A DNA stretch of 63,051 nt, filler included, from Octopus bimaculoides (GCF_001194135.2; 4 parts of 4 records of this genome joined end to end with filler, not necessarily neighbours in it), one strand, 5' to 3'. Counted from the first letter of the whole stretch, positions 11,694-26,178 are shown. The notes: generated by a model from the letters alone, not told the origin. Program-made: numbers and translations.

Positions 11694-12256
11694 AAGAGAG
11701 AGAGAGAGAGGGAGAGATGTGTGTATGTCTGTACATCTATGTTTATGTGTGTGTGTACATACATATGTACATATATATACATATATGTACATACATATGT
11801 ATGTATACTTGTATACATATATATATGTATATATATTTATATATACATATATAGGTGCATACAATTATATCTATAAACATATTAAAATAGTTAAAATAGT
11901 ATATATATATATATATATATATNNNNNNNNNNNNNNNNNNNNNNNNNNNNNNNNNNNNNNNNNNNNNNNNNNNNNNNNNNNNNNNNNNNNNNNNNNNNNN
12001 NNNNNNNNNNNNNNNNNNNNNNNNNNNNNNNNNNNNNNNNNNNNNNNNNNNNNNNNNNNNNNNNNNNNNNNNNNNNNNNNNNNNNNNNNNNNNNNNNNNN
12101 NNNNNNNNNNNNNNNNNNNNNNNNNNNNNNNNNNNNNNNNNNNNNNNNNNNNNNNNNNNNNNNNNNNNNNNNNNNNNNNNNNNNNNNNNNNNNNNNNNNN
12201 NNNNNNNNNNNNNNNNNNNNNNNNNNNNNNNNNNNNNNNNNNNNNNNNNNNNNNNN

Positions 12257-12298
<42 letters not shown>

Positions 12299-14060
12299 CT
12301 GTATGTGTATATGAGTGTGTATTTATGTAGGTATTTGTGTGTGCGTGTATGTGTGTGTATGTGTGAGTATGTGTGTGTATGCATGCTTATATGTGTATAA
12401 GTATACATACATATACATAAATTTATATATGCATACATGCCAACGTACGTACATACATACATACATGCATACATACATACACACATACATACATACATAC
12501 ATACATACATACATACATACATACACACAGTATTTCCGATTGTGTAATATAGTTTTGAATGTCGAAGACGTATTCTAAACGAAAACAAACCAGTTTTATG
12601 GTGGCTAGTGAAATATAATGAATGAACGACTTAATTTAATTCTGTGGCCAGCGTTCAGTAAGGTGATCTTTAGAATGGCAACCAGCAGAGTTTGTTTCCA
12701 ATAGCACTGCCAAATCGATACAGATTGATCACTAAAACTAGCAGACTATCGCTTCACTGATAAAAGGGCCATCACTACGGTGAGATCGTCCATCGAAATC
12801 AGTGAGTTTGCTTGTGAAAAAAAAAAAAAAACAGAAACAAAAAAATCATGTCTTCACTCTTCATCTCCACCTTTCTATCTCCCTGTCTTTCTGTCTTTGT
12901 CTCTGTCTTTCTTTTCTCCCCCTCTCTTTCTCTCTCTATTTTCTCTTGTTCTGTTTTTTTTAATTCTTTTTGTCTCACTGTTTCCTCTCTTTCTCTTTTT
13001 CCACCAATGTTCTTCCATTCTGTCATCATCGTCATCACCATCATCGTCATCACCATCATCGTCATCACCATCATCATCATTCTCGTTATCATCATCATTG
13101 TCAACTCATCATCGTCGACGCCATCGTCATTAGCAACACCAACAGCACCACCACATCTTCCCACTTATCTTATTTCTCTCTTTCTTTCTCTTCTCATTCT
13201 CTCTCTCTCTCTCCCTCTCTCTCTCTCTCCCCCTCTCTCTCTCTCTCTACCCTCTCTACGCCCATCTCTTTCTCTTCGTAATTTGTAAGCTTTTAACGAT
13301 GATAAAATATCTATTAGATTGGTCCTTCGTCTGNNNNNNNNNNNNNNNNNNNNNNNNNNNNNNNNNNNNNNNNNNNNNNNNNNNNNNNNNNNNNNNNNNN
13401 NNNNNNNNNNNNNNNNNNNNNNNNNNNNNNNNNNNNNNNNNNNNNNNNNNNNNNNNNNNNNNNNNNNNNNNNNNNNNNNNNNNNNNNNNNNNNNNNNNNN
13501 NNNNNNNNNNNNNNNNNNNNNNNNNNNNNNNNNNNNNNNNNNNNNNNNNNNNNNNNNNNNNNNNNNNNNNNNNNNNNNNNNNNNNNNNNNNNNNNNNNNN
13601 NNNNNNNNNNNNNNNNNNNNNNNNNNNNNNNNNNNNNNNNNNNNNNNNNNNNNNNNNNNNNNNNNNNNNNNNNNNNNNNNNNNNNNNNNNNNNNNNNNNN
13701 NNNNNNNNNNNNNNNNNNNNNNNNNNNNNNNNNNNNNNNNNNNNNNNNNNNNNNNNNNNNNNNNNNNNNNNNNNNNNNNNNNNNNNNNNNNNNNNNNNNN
13801 NNNNNNNNNNNNNNNNNNNNNNNNNNNNNNNNNNNNNNNNNNNNNNNNNNNNNNNNNNNNNNNNNNNNNNNNNNNNNNNNNNNNNNNNNNNNNNNNNNNN
13901 NNNNNNNNNNNNNNNNNNNNNNNNNNNNNNNNNNNNNNNNNNNNNNNNNNNNNNNNNNNNNNNNNNNNNNNNNNNNNNNNNNNNNNNNNNNNNNNNNNNN
14001 NNNNNNNNNNNNNNNNNNNNNNNNNNNNNNNNNNNNNNNNNNNNNNNNNNNNNNNNNNNN

Positions 14061-14139
14061 ACGACGAAGAAGAAGAAGAAGAAGAAGAAAACGAAGGAAA
14101 AGAAGAAGTCGAAGGAAGAGTAGAAGAGAAAGAAAGAAA

Positions 14140-14193
<54 letters not shown>

Positions 14194-14481
14194 AAAAGTG
14201 AAGAAAAGTAGCAGGAAAGTGAAAGTAGGACGAGCAGAAGAGAAGAAGAAAAAATACGACAAAACGAAGAAATAGGAGAGGAAACGAAAGAGAAAAAGAA
14301 GGAGAAAGGGAAAGAACAAAAAGGAGAAAAGGAACATGAAAAGAAGAACAAGAACAAGATGAAAAATAAGGAATAAGAAGAGAAGCAGTAGGTGAAAGGA
14401 GAAAAAGGATAAAGAAGAAGAAGAAGAAGAAGAAGAAGAAGAAGAAGAAGAAGAAGAAGAAGAAGAAGAAGAAGAAGAAGA
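14061..14481. repeat. Purine-rich low-complexity tract with (AAG)n and (AAAG)n
   Basis: Direct inspection. Confidence 0.95.
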
Positions 14482-15050
14482 AAACATGAAGGTGAATGAG
14501 AAGAGTAAATGGAAGATGGAGATGATGGAGAAGAAGGAAGAGGGGAGGGAGAAGGGAATATAATCAGACATGTTGATACAGTTAATTCGATTGCGGTTAA
14601 TAGAAATATGGATGGAGAATGTGGTGTTTGTCTATATGTAAATAAGTAAGGGGAGGCAAGATTATATGGCCGAGTGGCGCGTGCGCGCTTATGCGTGCGT
14701 GTGTGTGTGTGTATGTGCGAGCGTGTGTGCGTGCGTGCGTGTTTGTGCGTTTAAACTCATTAGAATGCATCAATTGTTTTTCGTGAGACATGATGTTGAT
14801 GGTTGGAGGATGGATGCCTTGTTCTTGTTGTTGTTGTTGCTTTTTGTTGTTTAGTTCTTAGTCGTTCCGGATTGAACAGATGTATGATGGAAGGCATGCC
14901 TGTCGTGACTACAGAAAATGGCCGCGTGTTTAAGAAGAGTTCGCTTCGCTGCAATGAGGTTTCGGGTTCGTTTCTCCTGCACCACACCTTGGGCTAGTGT
15001 TTTAAAGCTGATCTACTAAATAGTAATTGCAACTTTTTGTTGTTGTTGTT

Positions 15051-15426
15051 AGCACTCCGTCGCTTACAACGACGAGGGTTCCAGTTGATCCGATCAACGG
15101 AACAGCCTGCTCGTGAAATTAACGTGCAAGTAGCTGAGCAATCCACAGACACGTGTACCCTTAACGTAGTTCTCGGGGATATTCAGCGTGACACAGTGTG
15201 ACAAGGCTGGCCCTTTGAATTACAGGCACAGCAGAAACAGGAAGTAAGAGTGAGAGAAAGTTGTGGTGAAAGTGTACAGCAGGGCTCGCCACCATCCCCT
15301 GCCGGAGCCTCGTGGAACTTTAGGTGTTTTCGCTCAATAAACACTCACAACGCCCGGTCTGGGAATCAAAACTGCGATCCTATGACCGCGAGTCCGCTGC
15401 CCTAACCACTGGGCCATTGCACCTCC
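15051..15426 (-). mobile_element. Full-length SINE family A with (CAA)n tail and target-site duplication
   Basis: Near-identical to 802-1182. Tail appears as (TTG)n at 15037-15050. Flanks GTAATTGCAACT (15023-15034) and GTAATAGCAACT (15428-15439) differ by one base. Confidence 0.92.
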
Positions 15427-15639
15427 TGTAATAGCAACTAAATTTCTTTCAAATCTCACTCTTATGTATAAGGATACATAAATATAGACCCACAACGAAT
15501 TTTATATCACCTTTTTTTTTAGGAACAACTTGATGTATTGGTGAACAGTGAGTCAACGGTGTTGGAAGACATAAAGATTGAGGTTGTTAAAGAAAAATTA
15601 GCTGCCACGGAGGACTGAAAACCATCTGAGTATTGGAAA

Positions 15640-16194
15640 AGAGTTACCTGTATCATGATGATTCGCGCCGGGTATAAAAATGCCGATATCATGACTGTTA
15701 CTCAGTGTTCTCTCAACACTGCAAAGGCTGTAAGACGTTACATGGACAGCTGCAATGATAACTACGAAGCCGCAGCGAAGAGGAAGAGACACAACATCTC
15801 TGAACTGGGTCTTAGGCTCAATTCAGACGGCTACGTGGAGCTGATGGTGATTGGTCAAATCTTGGCTGGAGAGGGTTGCTGCTGGAAGGTCATGTGGAGT
15901 AGCAGGATTCAGCCCTTTGCCATACCTCTGGAAAGAGTCAGAAGTGATTGTCAGAGAATCTTGACGACTCCACCAGCCCGTTTCTGGCCTCCTGAAAACC
16001 CCTGTCTGTAATCCCACTTTCTACGTATGGGTGTAGACACCAACCACCGTGCCTTCAACGCCAAGGATGATCCGGTGACCAAACTCAAGAAGGTGTTCGA
16101 AGATCCTCCCAATGACAAAGTGAAGAACGTTTGCACCAGGTTCCGGAGCCGTCTTGACATCGTGGTTGAAGCTGAGAGCGGCCATTTTGAGTAA
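15640..16194 (+). mobile_element. Tc1/mariner superfamily relic, DD37D (maT)-like, internally deleted
   Basis: An HTH-like N-terminal piece (MIRAGYKNADIMTVTQCSLNT), then frameshifted QQDSALCHTSGKSQK and the C-terminus KDDPVTKLKKVFED...VKNVCTRFRSRLDIVVEAESGHFE*. Confidence 0.8.
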
Positions 16195-17726
16195 ACTGTT
16201 ATCTACCAACCATAATCTAGCTGTTTTTTTTTTGTTTCAAATTTTTTTTAATACTTTTATTTTTGGATGGGATGTTGTGCTTTCTCTTCTTTTTATGCAA
16301 ACTGTCAAATGTAGCTCGAACACGCCGCATAATGACGGAATGGTCACAGTTGGAAATCCTTTGATCATAGGCTTTGTTCAATAAGGATTGACCCGGAGCT
16401 TAAACAATAGCAATTATACCATCAGCAAGAACATTATCTTCAATTCCGTCACAACAAACTTCACCACCACCGCAACCATCACTACCACCACCGCCACAAC
16501 AAACATCACCACCTCCACTACCACCACCATAAACACCACTACAAACACTACCACCACCATCACCAAAACCAACAACATATCATCACCATCAGAACATCTA
16601 TTCCATTACTACTACCACCAAAACTACCACCAACACCTATGATACCACCTCCCCTACCTCCATTACTACCAATCGCAAGCATAATTTCCCATCACAACCA
16701 TTACCACTGACATTGTCACCAGCATCACCATCACCATTACCATTACATCTACCATTGCTAAGTCCACCATCACCGCCATCACNNNNNNNNNNNNNNNNNN
16801 NNNNNNNNNNNNNNNNNNNNNNNNNNNNNNNNNNNNNNNNNNNNNNNNNNNNNNNNNNNNNNNNNNNNNNNNNNNNNNNNNNNNNNNNNNNNNNNNNNNN
16901 NNNNNNNNNNNNNNNNNNNNNNNNNNNNNNNNNNNNNNNNNNNNNNNNNNNNNNNNNNNNNNNNNNNNNNNNNNNNNNNNNNNNNNNNNNNNNNNNNNNN
17001 NNNNNNNNNNNNNNNNNNNNNNNNNNNNNNNNNNNNNNNNNNNNNNNNNNNNNNNNNNNNNNNNNNNNNNNNNNNNNNNNNNNNNNNNNNNNNNNNNNNN
17101 NNNNNNNNNNNNNNNNNNNNNNNNNNNNNNNNNNNNNNNNNNNNNNNNNNNNNNNNNNNNNNNNNNNNNNNNNNNNNNNNNNNNNNNNNNNNNNNNNNNN
17201 NNNNNNNNNNNNNNNNNNNNNNNNNNNNNNNNNNNNNNNNNNNNNNNNNNNNNNNNNNNNNNNNNNNNNNNNNNNNNNNNNNNNNNNNNNNNNNNNNNNN
17301 NNNNNNNNNNNNNNNNNNNNNNNNNNNNNNNNNNNNNNNNNNNNNNNNNNNNNNNNNNNNNNNNNNNNNNNNNNNNNNNNNNNNNNNNNNNNNNNNNNNN
17401 NNNNNNNNNNNNNNNNNNNNNNNNNNNNNNNNNNNNNNNNNNNNNNNNNNNNNNNNNNNNNNNNNNNNNNNNNNNNNNNNNNNNNNNNNNNNNNNNNNNN
17501 NNNNNNNNNNNNNNNNNNNNNNNNNNNNNNNNNNNNNNNNNNNNNNNNNNNNNNNNNNNNNNNNNNNNNNNNNNNNNNNNNNNNNNNNNNNNNNNNNNNN
17601 NNNNNNNNNNNNNNNNNNNNNATCACAAAAGATTAACTTGGCTTCGAAGAGATGCCAGCACTTGAAAACGTTTTCCATATTCACTGACATTCTCTCTCTC
17701 TCCCTCTCTCCCTCTCTCTCTCTCTC

Positions 17727-17757
<31 letters not shown>

Positions 17758-18096
17758 CTCTCCCTCTCTATCATTCATTCTTTTTCTCTCTCTTTCTCTC
17801 ATTATCTTTCTTTTATTATCTCTGTCTTTCCACCTCACTCTCCCCCTCACTGACTCACCCTTTCTCTTCCTCTTACTGCCAGTGTCGCTTTCCTTCTTTA
17901 TTACCCTCAAGCTCTCCCTCTCTCTCACTACCTTACCTTTTCTCTTTCTCTCAATGCCTCTGTCTCTTTCTCTCCTTCTCTCTTTCCCACACACCCTCTC
18001 ACACTTACACAGAATTAATCTTTCTCTTTCTCTCTCAGTCTTTCTCACTTTCTCTCATTTTCTCTGCCTCCTACTCTTTTTGCATTGCGTCTGTCT

Positions 18097-18133
<37 letters not shown>

Positions 18134-19664
18134 TCGCTCTCTCCCTCTCTTTGTTTCTCTCTCTCTCTCTCTCTTTCTCTGGTATCATTTATGTCGACTC
18201 ATACGAAATTTCCAGAAAATTTTATTTCAAACTAAAACCCACTACCAACAACAGTAAATACAACAGAGCGAAAATTACATCAAGACAACAATAGCAACTA
18301 CTACTACAACCATCACAGGTACCACCACCAACACTACCACCACCACCATCACCAACGCCAACACCACCACCAGCGCCACAACCAACACCACTAGCACTAG
18401 CAACACTACCACCACCATCACCACTACCACCAACACCACCACCATCAACACCACCACTACCACCAGCACTACCACCAACACCACCACCAACACCACCACA
18501 ATCACCACTTCCACCAACACCACCAGCACCACCAACACTACCACCACCACCATCACCAACGCCAACACCACCACCAGCGCCACAACCAACACCACTAGCA
18601 CTAGCAACACTACCACCACCATCACCACTACCACCAACACCACCACCANNNNNNNNNNNNNNNNNNNNNNNNNNNNNNNNNNNNNNNNNNNNNNNNNNNN
18701 NNNNNNNNNNNNNNNNNNNNNNNNNNNNNNNNNNNNNNNNNNNNNNNNNNNNNNNNNNNNNNNNNNNNNNNNNNNNNNNNNNNNNNNNNNNNNNNNNNNN
18801 NNNNNNNNNNNNNNNNNNNNNNNNNNNNNNNNNNNNNNNNNNNNNNNNNNNNNNNNNNNNNNNNNNNNNNNNNNNNNNNNNNNNNNNNNNNNNNNNNNNN
18901 NNNNNNNNNNNNNNNNNNNNNNNNNNNNNNNNNNNNNNNNNNNNNNNNNNNNNNNNNNNNNNNNNNNNNNNNNNNNNNNNNNNNNNNNNNNNNNNNNNNN
19001 NNNNNNNNNNNNNNNNNNNNNNNNNNNNNNNNNNNNNNNNNNNNNNNNNNNNNNNNNNNNNNNNNNNNNNNNNNNNNNNNNNNNNNNNNNNNNNNNNNNN
19101 NNNNNNNNNNNNNNNNNNNNNNNNNNNNNNNNNNNNNNNNNCCACCACCAACACCACTTGCTACTACTGCTGTAGCAGCAGCAGAAATGATAACATTAAC
19201 AAAAAGAAGAAGAAAAAAAACCAAACTGCAAACAAGAACACCACCAACAACAACAACAACAACATCAACGGCAATAATTACTACAACAGCAACATTTTTA
19301 AACAACCACTGATACTGCAGCAACAACAATAATGACAAGTGAAACCACCGTGTGCCGCCACGACGACGACGACGACGATTACCACCACCACCACCACCAC
19401 CACAACAACAACAACAACGATATGAGACATAACGAACGGTGATGTCAACAAAAGACAGTACAAAAAAAAAACAACAGCAATGTGCAAAAAAAACAGCAAT
19501 GACAACAATAACAATAACAATAACAATAACAACAAACACAACAACATTGGTAGGAACCACTTATACAATGCAATAATGGAGAGTATAGAGAATACGGCAA
19601 TGGGCATATAAAACAATAACAACGCGCAACAATTAAAATAACAACAAGAACAACAACAACAACT

Positions 19665-19721
<57 letters not shown>

Positions 19722-19726
19722 ATAAT

Positions 19727-19761
<35 letters not shown>

Positions 19762-21479
19762 TGATGATAATAATGATGATAATAATAATAATGATAATAA
19801 TANNNNNNNNNNNNNNNNNNNNNNNNNNNNNNNNNNNNNNNNNNNNNNNNNNNNNNNNNNNNNNNNNNNNNNNNNNNNNNNNNNNNNNNNNNNNNNNNNN
19901 NNNNNNNNNNNNNNNNNNNNNNNNNNNNNNNNNNNNNNNNNNNNNNNNNNNNNNNNNNNNNNNNNNNNNNNNNNNNNNNNNNNNNNNNNNNNNNNNNNNN
20001 NNNNNNNNNNNNNNNNNNNNNNNNNNNNNNNNNNNNNNNNNNNNNNNNNNNNNNNNNNNNNNNNNNNNNNNNNNNNNNNNNNNNNNNNNNNNNNNNNNNN
20101 NNNNNNNNNNNNNNNNNNNNNNNNNNNNNNNNNNNNNNNNNNNNNNNNNNNNNNNNNNNNNNNNNNNNNNNNNNNNNNNNNNNNNNNNNNNNNNNNNNNN
20201 NNNNNNNNNNNNNNNNNNNNNNNNNNNNNNNNNNNNNNNNNNNNNNNNNNNNNNNNNNNNNNNNNNNNNNNNNNNNNNNNNNNNNNNNNNNNNNNNNNNN
20301 NNNNNNNNNNNNNNNNNNNNNNNNNNNNNNNNNNNNNNNNNNNNNNNNNNNNNNNNNNNNNNNNNNNNNNNNNNNNNNNNNNNNNNNNNNNNNNNNNNNN
20401 NNNNNNNNNNNNNNNNNNNNNNNNNNNNNNNNNNNNNNNNNNNNNNNNNNNNNNNNNNNNNNNNNNNNNNNNNNNNNNNNNNNNNNNNNNNNNNNNNNNN
20501 NNNNNNNNNNNNNNNNNNNNNNNNNNNNNNNNNNNNNNNNNNNNNNNNNNNNNNNNNNNNNNNNNNNNNNNNNNNNNNNNNNNNNNNNNNNNNNNNNNNN
20601 NNNNNNNNNNNNNNNNNNNNNNNNNNNNNATGTATATGCATATAAATATACATGCATATATATTTATATATGTATAATTGTATGCATGTATGTATGTATG
20701 AACGTATGTAGCTATGAATGTATAAGTACATAGATATACATATGTATCGATCTCTGTATTTGTCAATCAACATGTCAGTCAATCCGTCCTGACCTCACTC
20801 CCTCTAACAAAAAATAAATAAAAGATATACCACTACTTTGTAGCAGTATTGAGTACCTGTTTTCCGTTAGTTAAAACACAAACGTTCACCAATATACCCA
20901 CCCACCCACGCACGCGCGCGCGCGCACGCACACACACACACATTGCACTTGTGGTGGATCTGCGTCGTTCGACGACGAGGATTCACTTGTTAGATCGACT
21001 GAATTAACTAGTATGTGGCTGAATATTCCACAGACGTATATACCCTTAACGTAATTTCAAGTAACTTCAGCTTGACAAGGCATATCACACACACACGCAT
21101 AGACACACACAAACTCACGTACGCACACACACACTCACACACATACATATGCCAGCATCGAACAGCGAGAATGAGTACTGAAAACCACATTAGCAGGTAA
21201 ATATATATTTATGGTTTAAGAAGGCAACCAATGGTTTTATTTGAAGAGATATTCACTATTGTTCAAGCGTACCACATGGGAATGTTGATCGTCAGTTAGA
21301 GAAGCAACGATAGCTAATTTTAACTTTATTTCTATTGATGATCTTGTGGTAGTTATGTAATTTTGGATAGTGGGTATCAATGACTTTCAGAAACTTTCAG
21401 ATATGGAGGCTTATACGATAACTATACTGAATCCCCTCACACACACACACCCACACACACCACATATTCATAACATCAC

Positions 21480-22620
21480 AGTAAAAAACATATGCATCTT
21501 ATAAGCTTACGACTCCATGGACTAAGTTTGGAGCCAAAAATCTGAAATTCCACAAATATACACACATACTCAAACAAAATAAATTTCAAGCATGTTTTCA
21601 ATTCATTCGCCTTTATCTCCCTGGGAATCACTGGCAAAGTTTGTGTAAAATCACATGAAAGTATTCCTGTCACACATCACATCAAACAAGTGGAATTGCA
21701 CAAATCCTGCAGTATTCTGTTAACAGCTTCTACTGATTTTTATGGGAAGTTGCAGCTTCGTCCAATATGATCAAAGAACATTTCCTGAGAACTTCAGCTG
21801 AAGAATTTTTACTAATATTGCAGACAGGTTCATCATTTGAAGTTAGATTGAATGGCAGCTTCAATGCTGTGTGAGTTGTTCGACCTTCTGGGAGTAAAGT
21901 CGCAGCAATTCCAGAGCTCGCTACAGCTAAGGCTATTTCCTTTTTCTGCTGGACTTTGGCTAGCACTAAATTTGTAACAAAAGTTTTTCTAGTTCCTCCT
22001 GATGTGTCTAAAAAAATATAATCCTCTTCTCTTATGTATCACTTGGTTAATGACTGTTGCATATGCAAGTTGTTGGTCTGGCAAAAGTTTCGGGACATTT
22101 TCTTCAAGGAATCAATATCATATGAAGTTTCTTGCAAAACTTCTGCGACCAAATTATTCATCTCATTTCGATGAGTTTCAACTAAGCCAAACTTGCTGAG
22201 ATCCTCTCCTCCCATTGAGACAACGCGATCTTCAATATCAACCATCGTTGAATCCTATTTCCTTCTCAGGGAATCTTAATTGTTCTATCCCACTGATTGT
22301 CATCTTCTAACAAATACAAGGCTAAACAGGCTTCTCTATAAGTTCGAACAGTTTGACCACCAATCGTTCTTAGGAAGGAGAAGGAAGTCGCTCCTCTTAT
22401 TTCATGAAGAAGCAGCCTCAAAAAGAAACATTCATAGTGTTATGTCTCAAGCTACTGCTATCTAGCACCTTCGGATGATCTCTACTCAACCGCTAACTGA
22501 CTGCTACTCGACGGCTACTCAACCCCTATTTATATGTCTTGGGCGATCCTACTTCTTCGCTTGGGGGCGTCGACACAACACATAAGTACACAGATGCACA
22601 GACTAAACTCTTCTGATTGT
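21480..22620 (-). mobile_element. Helitron relic: PIF1-family helicase region plus putative 5' promoter region
   Basis: ECFFLRLLLHEIRGATSFSFLRTIGGQTVRTYREACLALYLLEDDNQWD, degenerate P-loop FLDTSGGTRKTF, AVASSGIAATLLPEGRTTHTALKLP, IILDE and CDFTQTLPVIP. All are Helitron RepHel helicase-region motifs, with stops and frameshifts. Confidence 0.93.
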
Positions 22621-23074
22621 CGAGTCTCAAATAATTTCATACTTGGATGACCCTCTCTTCTACAGTTATACACACACACACACACACACACACACATAAA
22701 ACGATACGCATGTTATTGTGTATGTCATTATAATACACATATGGCATACCTACAGAAAATTGCCTCACCGAATTTGTTTCTTTCTAAGTTTAGAGATAAT
22801 GGGTATTTTCAAATGAAAAGTTGTACAATGATGCTGAAGTGAGATAGGAAAATGACAGTTGACCTCATAAATTCTGATGTGAAATACGTAAAACAAAGGA
22901 AAAATGTTGGAGTGAAATCTAAGTTACGGTTTCTATCCTGAAGGTAGGTAGGGAATAAAACGAAAGTGACCTTCTACGGTTTCTGTTGTGAAGGTAGGCA
23001 GTGAAAAAAGAAAACTGATCTTCTACACATATAAATAAAGAAAGAATGTAAAATAATACTTGTCAAGTAATACT

Positions 23075-23158
23075 TATAGCAATATGAAGTAATCCTATAG
23101 CAATATGAAGTAATACTATAGCAATATGAAGTAATACTATAGCAATATGAAGTTATAC
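23075..23158. repeat. Minisatellite, 21-bp unit x4 (TATAGCAATATGAAGTAATAC)
   Basis: Units start at 23075, 23096, 23117 and 23138. Confidence 0.97.
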
Positions 23159-23359
23159 ACCCACCACACATATTATCTGTGTCGCTATATTACACATATG
23201 GCATACTTATTTTGATATAAAATGAAGAAATATAATAATCCTATAAAAATTATGTTCCTTATGCAGGTTATTTATTATTTATTTGGTTTAATTTGGTTTC
23301 CCAGCAATCCTCCTCAAATCGTGCAAACGTGTCATGGCAAAACCACTACAGATTCTCTT

Positions 23360-23950
23360 GTAGAGTTTTTTGCAAATGGCAAGCTGCCAAGAAAACTGAA
23401 GGAGGGAATAATATGCCCAATCCATAAACAATCCAGAACATGCCAAAAATTATAGGCCTATCTGACTTCACACACCAGCAAAGTCATGGAATGAATAGTC
23501 AGAGGGAAACTAAACGCATTTCTTGAAGGAAACAACTTGCTGAGTAATACCCTGCATGGTTTTCGACACAGCTCCTACAACACTATGACTGAGTGTTGAA
23601 GCAGTTACTCGAGAATTCAAATGTGGATGTAATATACCTCGACTTTGCAAAAGCTTTTGATAAAGTTGATTATGGTATGATATGCCACAGACTGTGCGAT
23701 TTTGTCATAACTAGAGGACTTNNNNNNNNNNNNNNNNNNNNNNNNNNNNGGGGGGGGGGGTTACATGACTTTCTGAAAGATAGAAGTCAGGAAGTGATGG
23801 CCAATGGTGCCACCTCAAAGGAAACATAAATAATTAGTGGTGTTCCACAGGGCACTGTCTTGGGGGCCACTCCTTTTCATAATGGCCCTCTCAGATATGC
23901 CCTCAGCTTCCCGGATAGCCATCCTTGCTAGCTACGCAGACGATATGAAA
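23360..23950 (+). mobile_element. CR1/L2-like LINE reverse transcriptase fragment
   Basis: EGIICPIHK, NYRP, HGFR, VDVIYLDFAKAFDKVD, ISGVPQGTVLG and YADD (23933-23944). Broken by stops, frameshifts and a short gap. Confidence 0.92.
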
Positions 23951-24123
23951 GAGACACCCAATCACACGTGTCCCATCTGTGGCCATACCATAATATCTTA
24001 GATAGCAGGGGAAATTATTTGGCTGTTATTTGTAGCAGGCTGAAATGAATTCATGTATGAACACCCAACTTGCGCTTACAAGTAGCTTCGGCTATTTTAG
24101 CCATTCCTCCAGTGCTATTCTTG

Positions 24124-24165
<42 letters not shown>

Positions 24166-24613
24166 ATGACGATGACGTTGCTGTTGCAGTTGTTGTTCTT
24201 GTTGTTGCTGCCACTGTCGCTATAATTGCTGCTGCTGTTGTTTTTTGCTGCTGTTGTTGCTGCTGCTGTTGTTATTGCTGTTGCAGCTGCTGACGTTGAT
24301 GTTGTTGCTGCTTCTGTTGTTGCTGTTGTTACAGTAGCAGCAGCAGCAGCAGCAGTANNNNNNNNNNNNNNNNNNNNNNNNNNNNNNNNNNNNNNNNNNN
24401 NNNNNNNNNNNNNNNNNNNNNNNNNNNNNNNNNNNNNNNNNNNNNNNNNNNNNNNNNNNNNNNNNNNNNNNNNNNNNNNNNNNNNNNNNNNNNNNNNNNN
24501 NNNNNNNNNNNNNNNNNNNNNNNNNNNNNNNNNNNNNNNNNNNNNNNNNNNNNNNNNNNNNNNNNNNNNNNNNNAGTAGTAGTAGTGGCGGCGGTGTGGT
24601 GGTGGTGGGGGTT

Positions 24614-24669
<56 letters not shown>

Positions 24670-25025
24670 ATAGTTGTTGTTGTTATTCTTGTTCTTGTAA
24701 CTGTTGTCGTTGCTATTCCAGAACGTCTCAGAAATCAGATTCGCAACAATTGGAAGCAAACTATAAGCAAACTATGTCGGAAGTTACAGACCAAGAAGTG
24801 GGAGGCAGAAGGGGAGGGGAGGATAGTGCTAGGTGTTATGAAGCTTGCGAGGGAGGAGGGGGAGGAGAATAAAGGCCAGAGTGCTAGACAAACATATATG
24901 CTTACATACGTATATATATATGTATATATATATATATATATACACACATATATAGATATAAATATCTATATGTATATAGACACAAAATATAGACACAAAA
25001 TATAGATATACACGTGTACACACAC

Positions 25026-25116
<91 letters not shown>

Positions 25117-25974
25117 GATGAAGGTATGTACATACATGTACATATATATGCATATACTCATATATTGTTTATATATATATAGACAAACCAGCAGACGGAC
25201 GGACAGATGGACAGACGGACAGACAGGTATTCCGTTCGGTCAGTTGATTAAACCACGGAGCAAATATTAGTCTTTTATGAAGAATAATGTCAGAGGTCAC
25301 AGAGGTCAAGTTACCGAAATTGCACTTAGCAAGAAGCAACTTCTCTTTTATTTCCGTATAAGGAAACCGAATATGAAAAAGCTAAGAAAAAGCAATTGGG
25401 AAGAGGAGGCGGGATCGAATCGCACCATAGAGACAGCATGTACACATACGCACAAATACGTACAAACAGGTATACATACACACGCGTCCATAAATTCATT
25501 CATACACATATGCACAATAACACATAGACACACAAACGTAATGCGTGCACATACTTGCTCAAACATGTACACGTACACACACTCACACACANNNNNNNNN
25601 NNNNNNNNNNNNNNNNNNNNNNNNNNNNNNNNNNNNNNNNNNNNNNNNNNNNNNNNNNNNNNNNNNNNNNNNNNNNNNNNNNNNNNNNNNNTGGGTCGCT
25701 AAATTATGTTCAACTGTAGAAGGCGTTTAGTCGTCTCACTTTACTTAGGTGATGAATAGGTAAAAGATATTTGAGTGGAAAGGTTCTAGTGACTGACTAT
25801 CAAACGCTCTAAGAACAAATTCATCATACAAACTTCTTAACATAATGGAAACAAGGATTATATGAAATTTCCTAGCTTGTTTCAGAATTAGCACTTTCGA
25901 ATTTAAAAGCAGAGAAGTGGTCTATAAGATAGGTGTGAGGTCGACTTTGGTAAAATTTATGTTTATAGCTGTAT

Positions 25975-26120
25975 TATAGGAAGTTTGCTTCCCAACCACA
26001 TGGTTTCGTGGTACCTTGGGCAAATGTTTTCTGCTATAGTCACAGGCCGACTAAAGCCTTCTAAGCGAATTTGGTAGACGGAAAGAAGAACAGGCCCGTC
26101 GTGTGTGTATGTATATTATG

Positions 26121-26178
<58 letters not shown>

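Noticed and set aside
10464-12588. Many overlapping YI/CV/HT-rich ORFs (also throughout 26-59 kb)
   Set aside because: These are translations of TA, TG, CA and TATG microsatellites and N runs, which lack stops in several frames.
24722-24880. AG followed by an open frame RLRNQIRNNWKQTISKLCRKLQTKK
   Set aside because: The pyrimidine tract comes from a GTT-type low-complexity run, there is no convincing donor, and no homology is recognisable.
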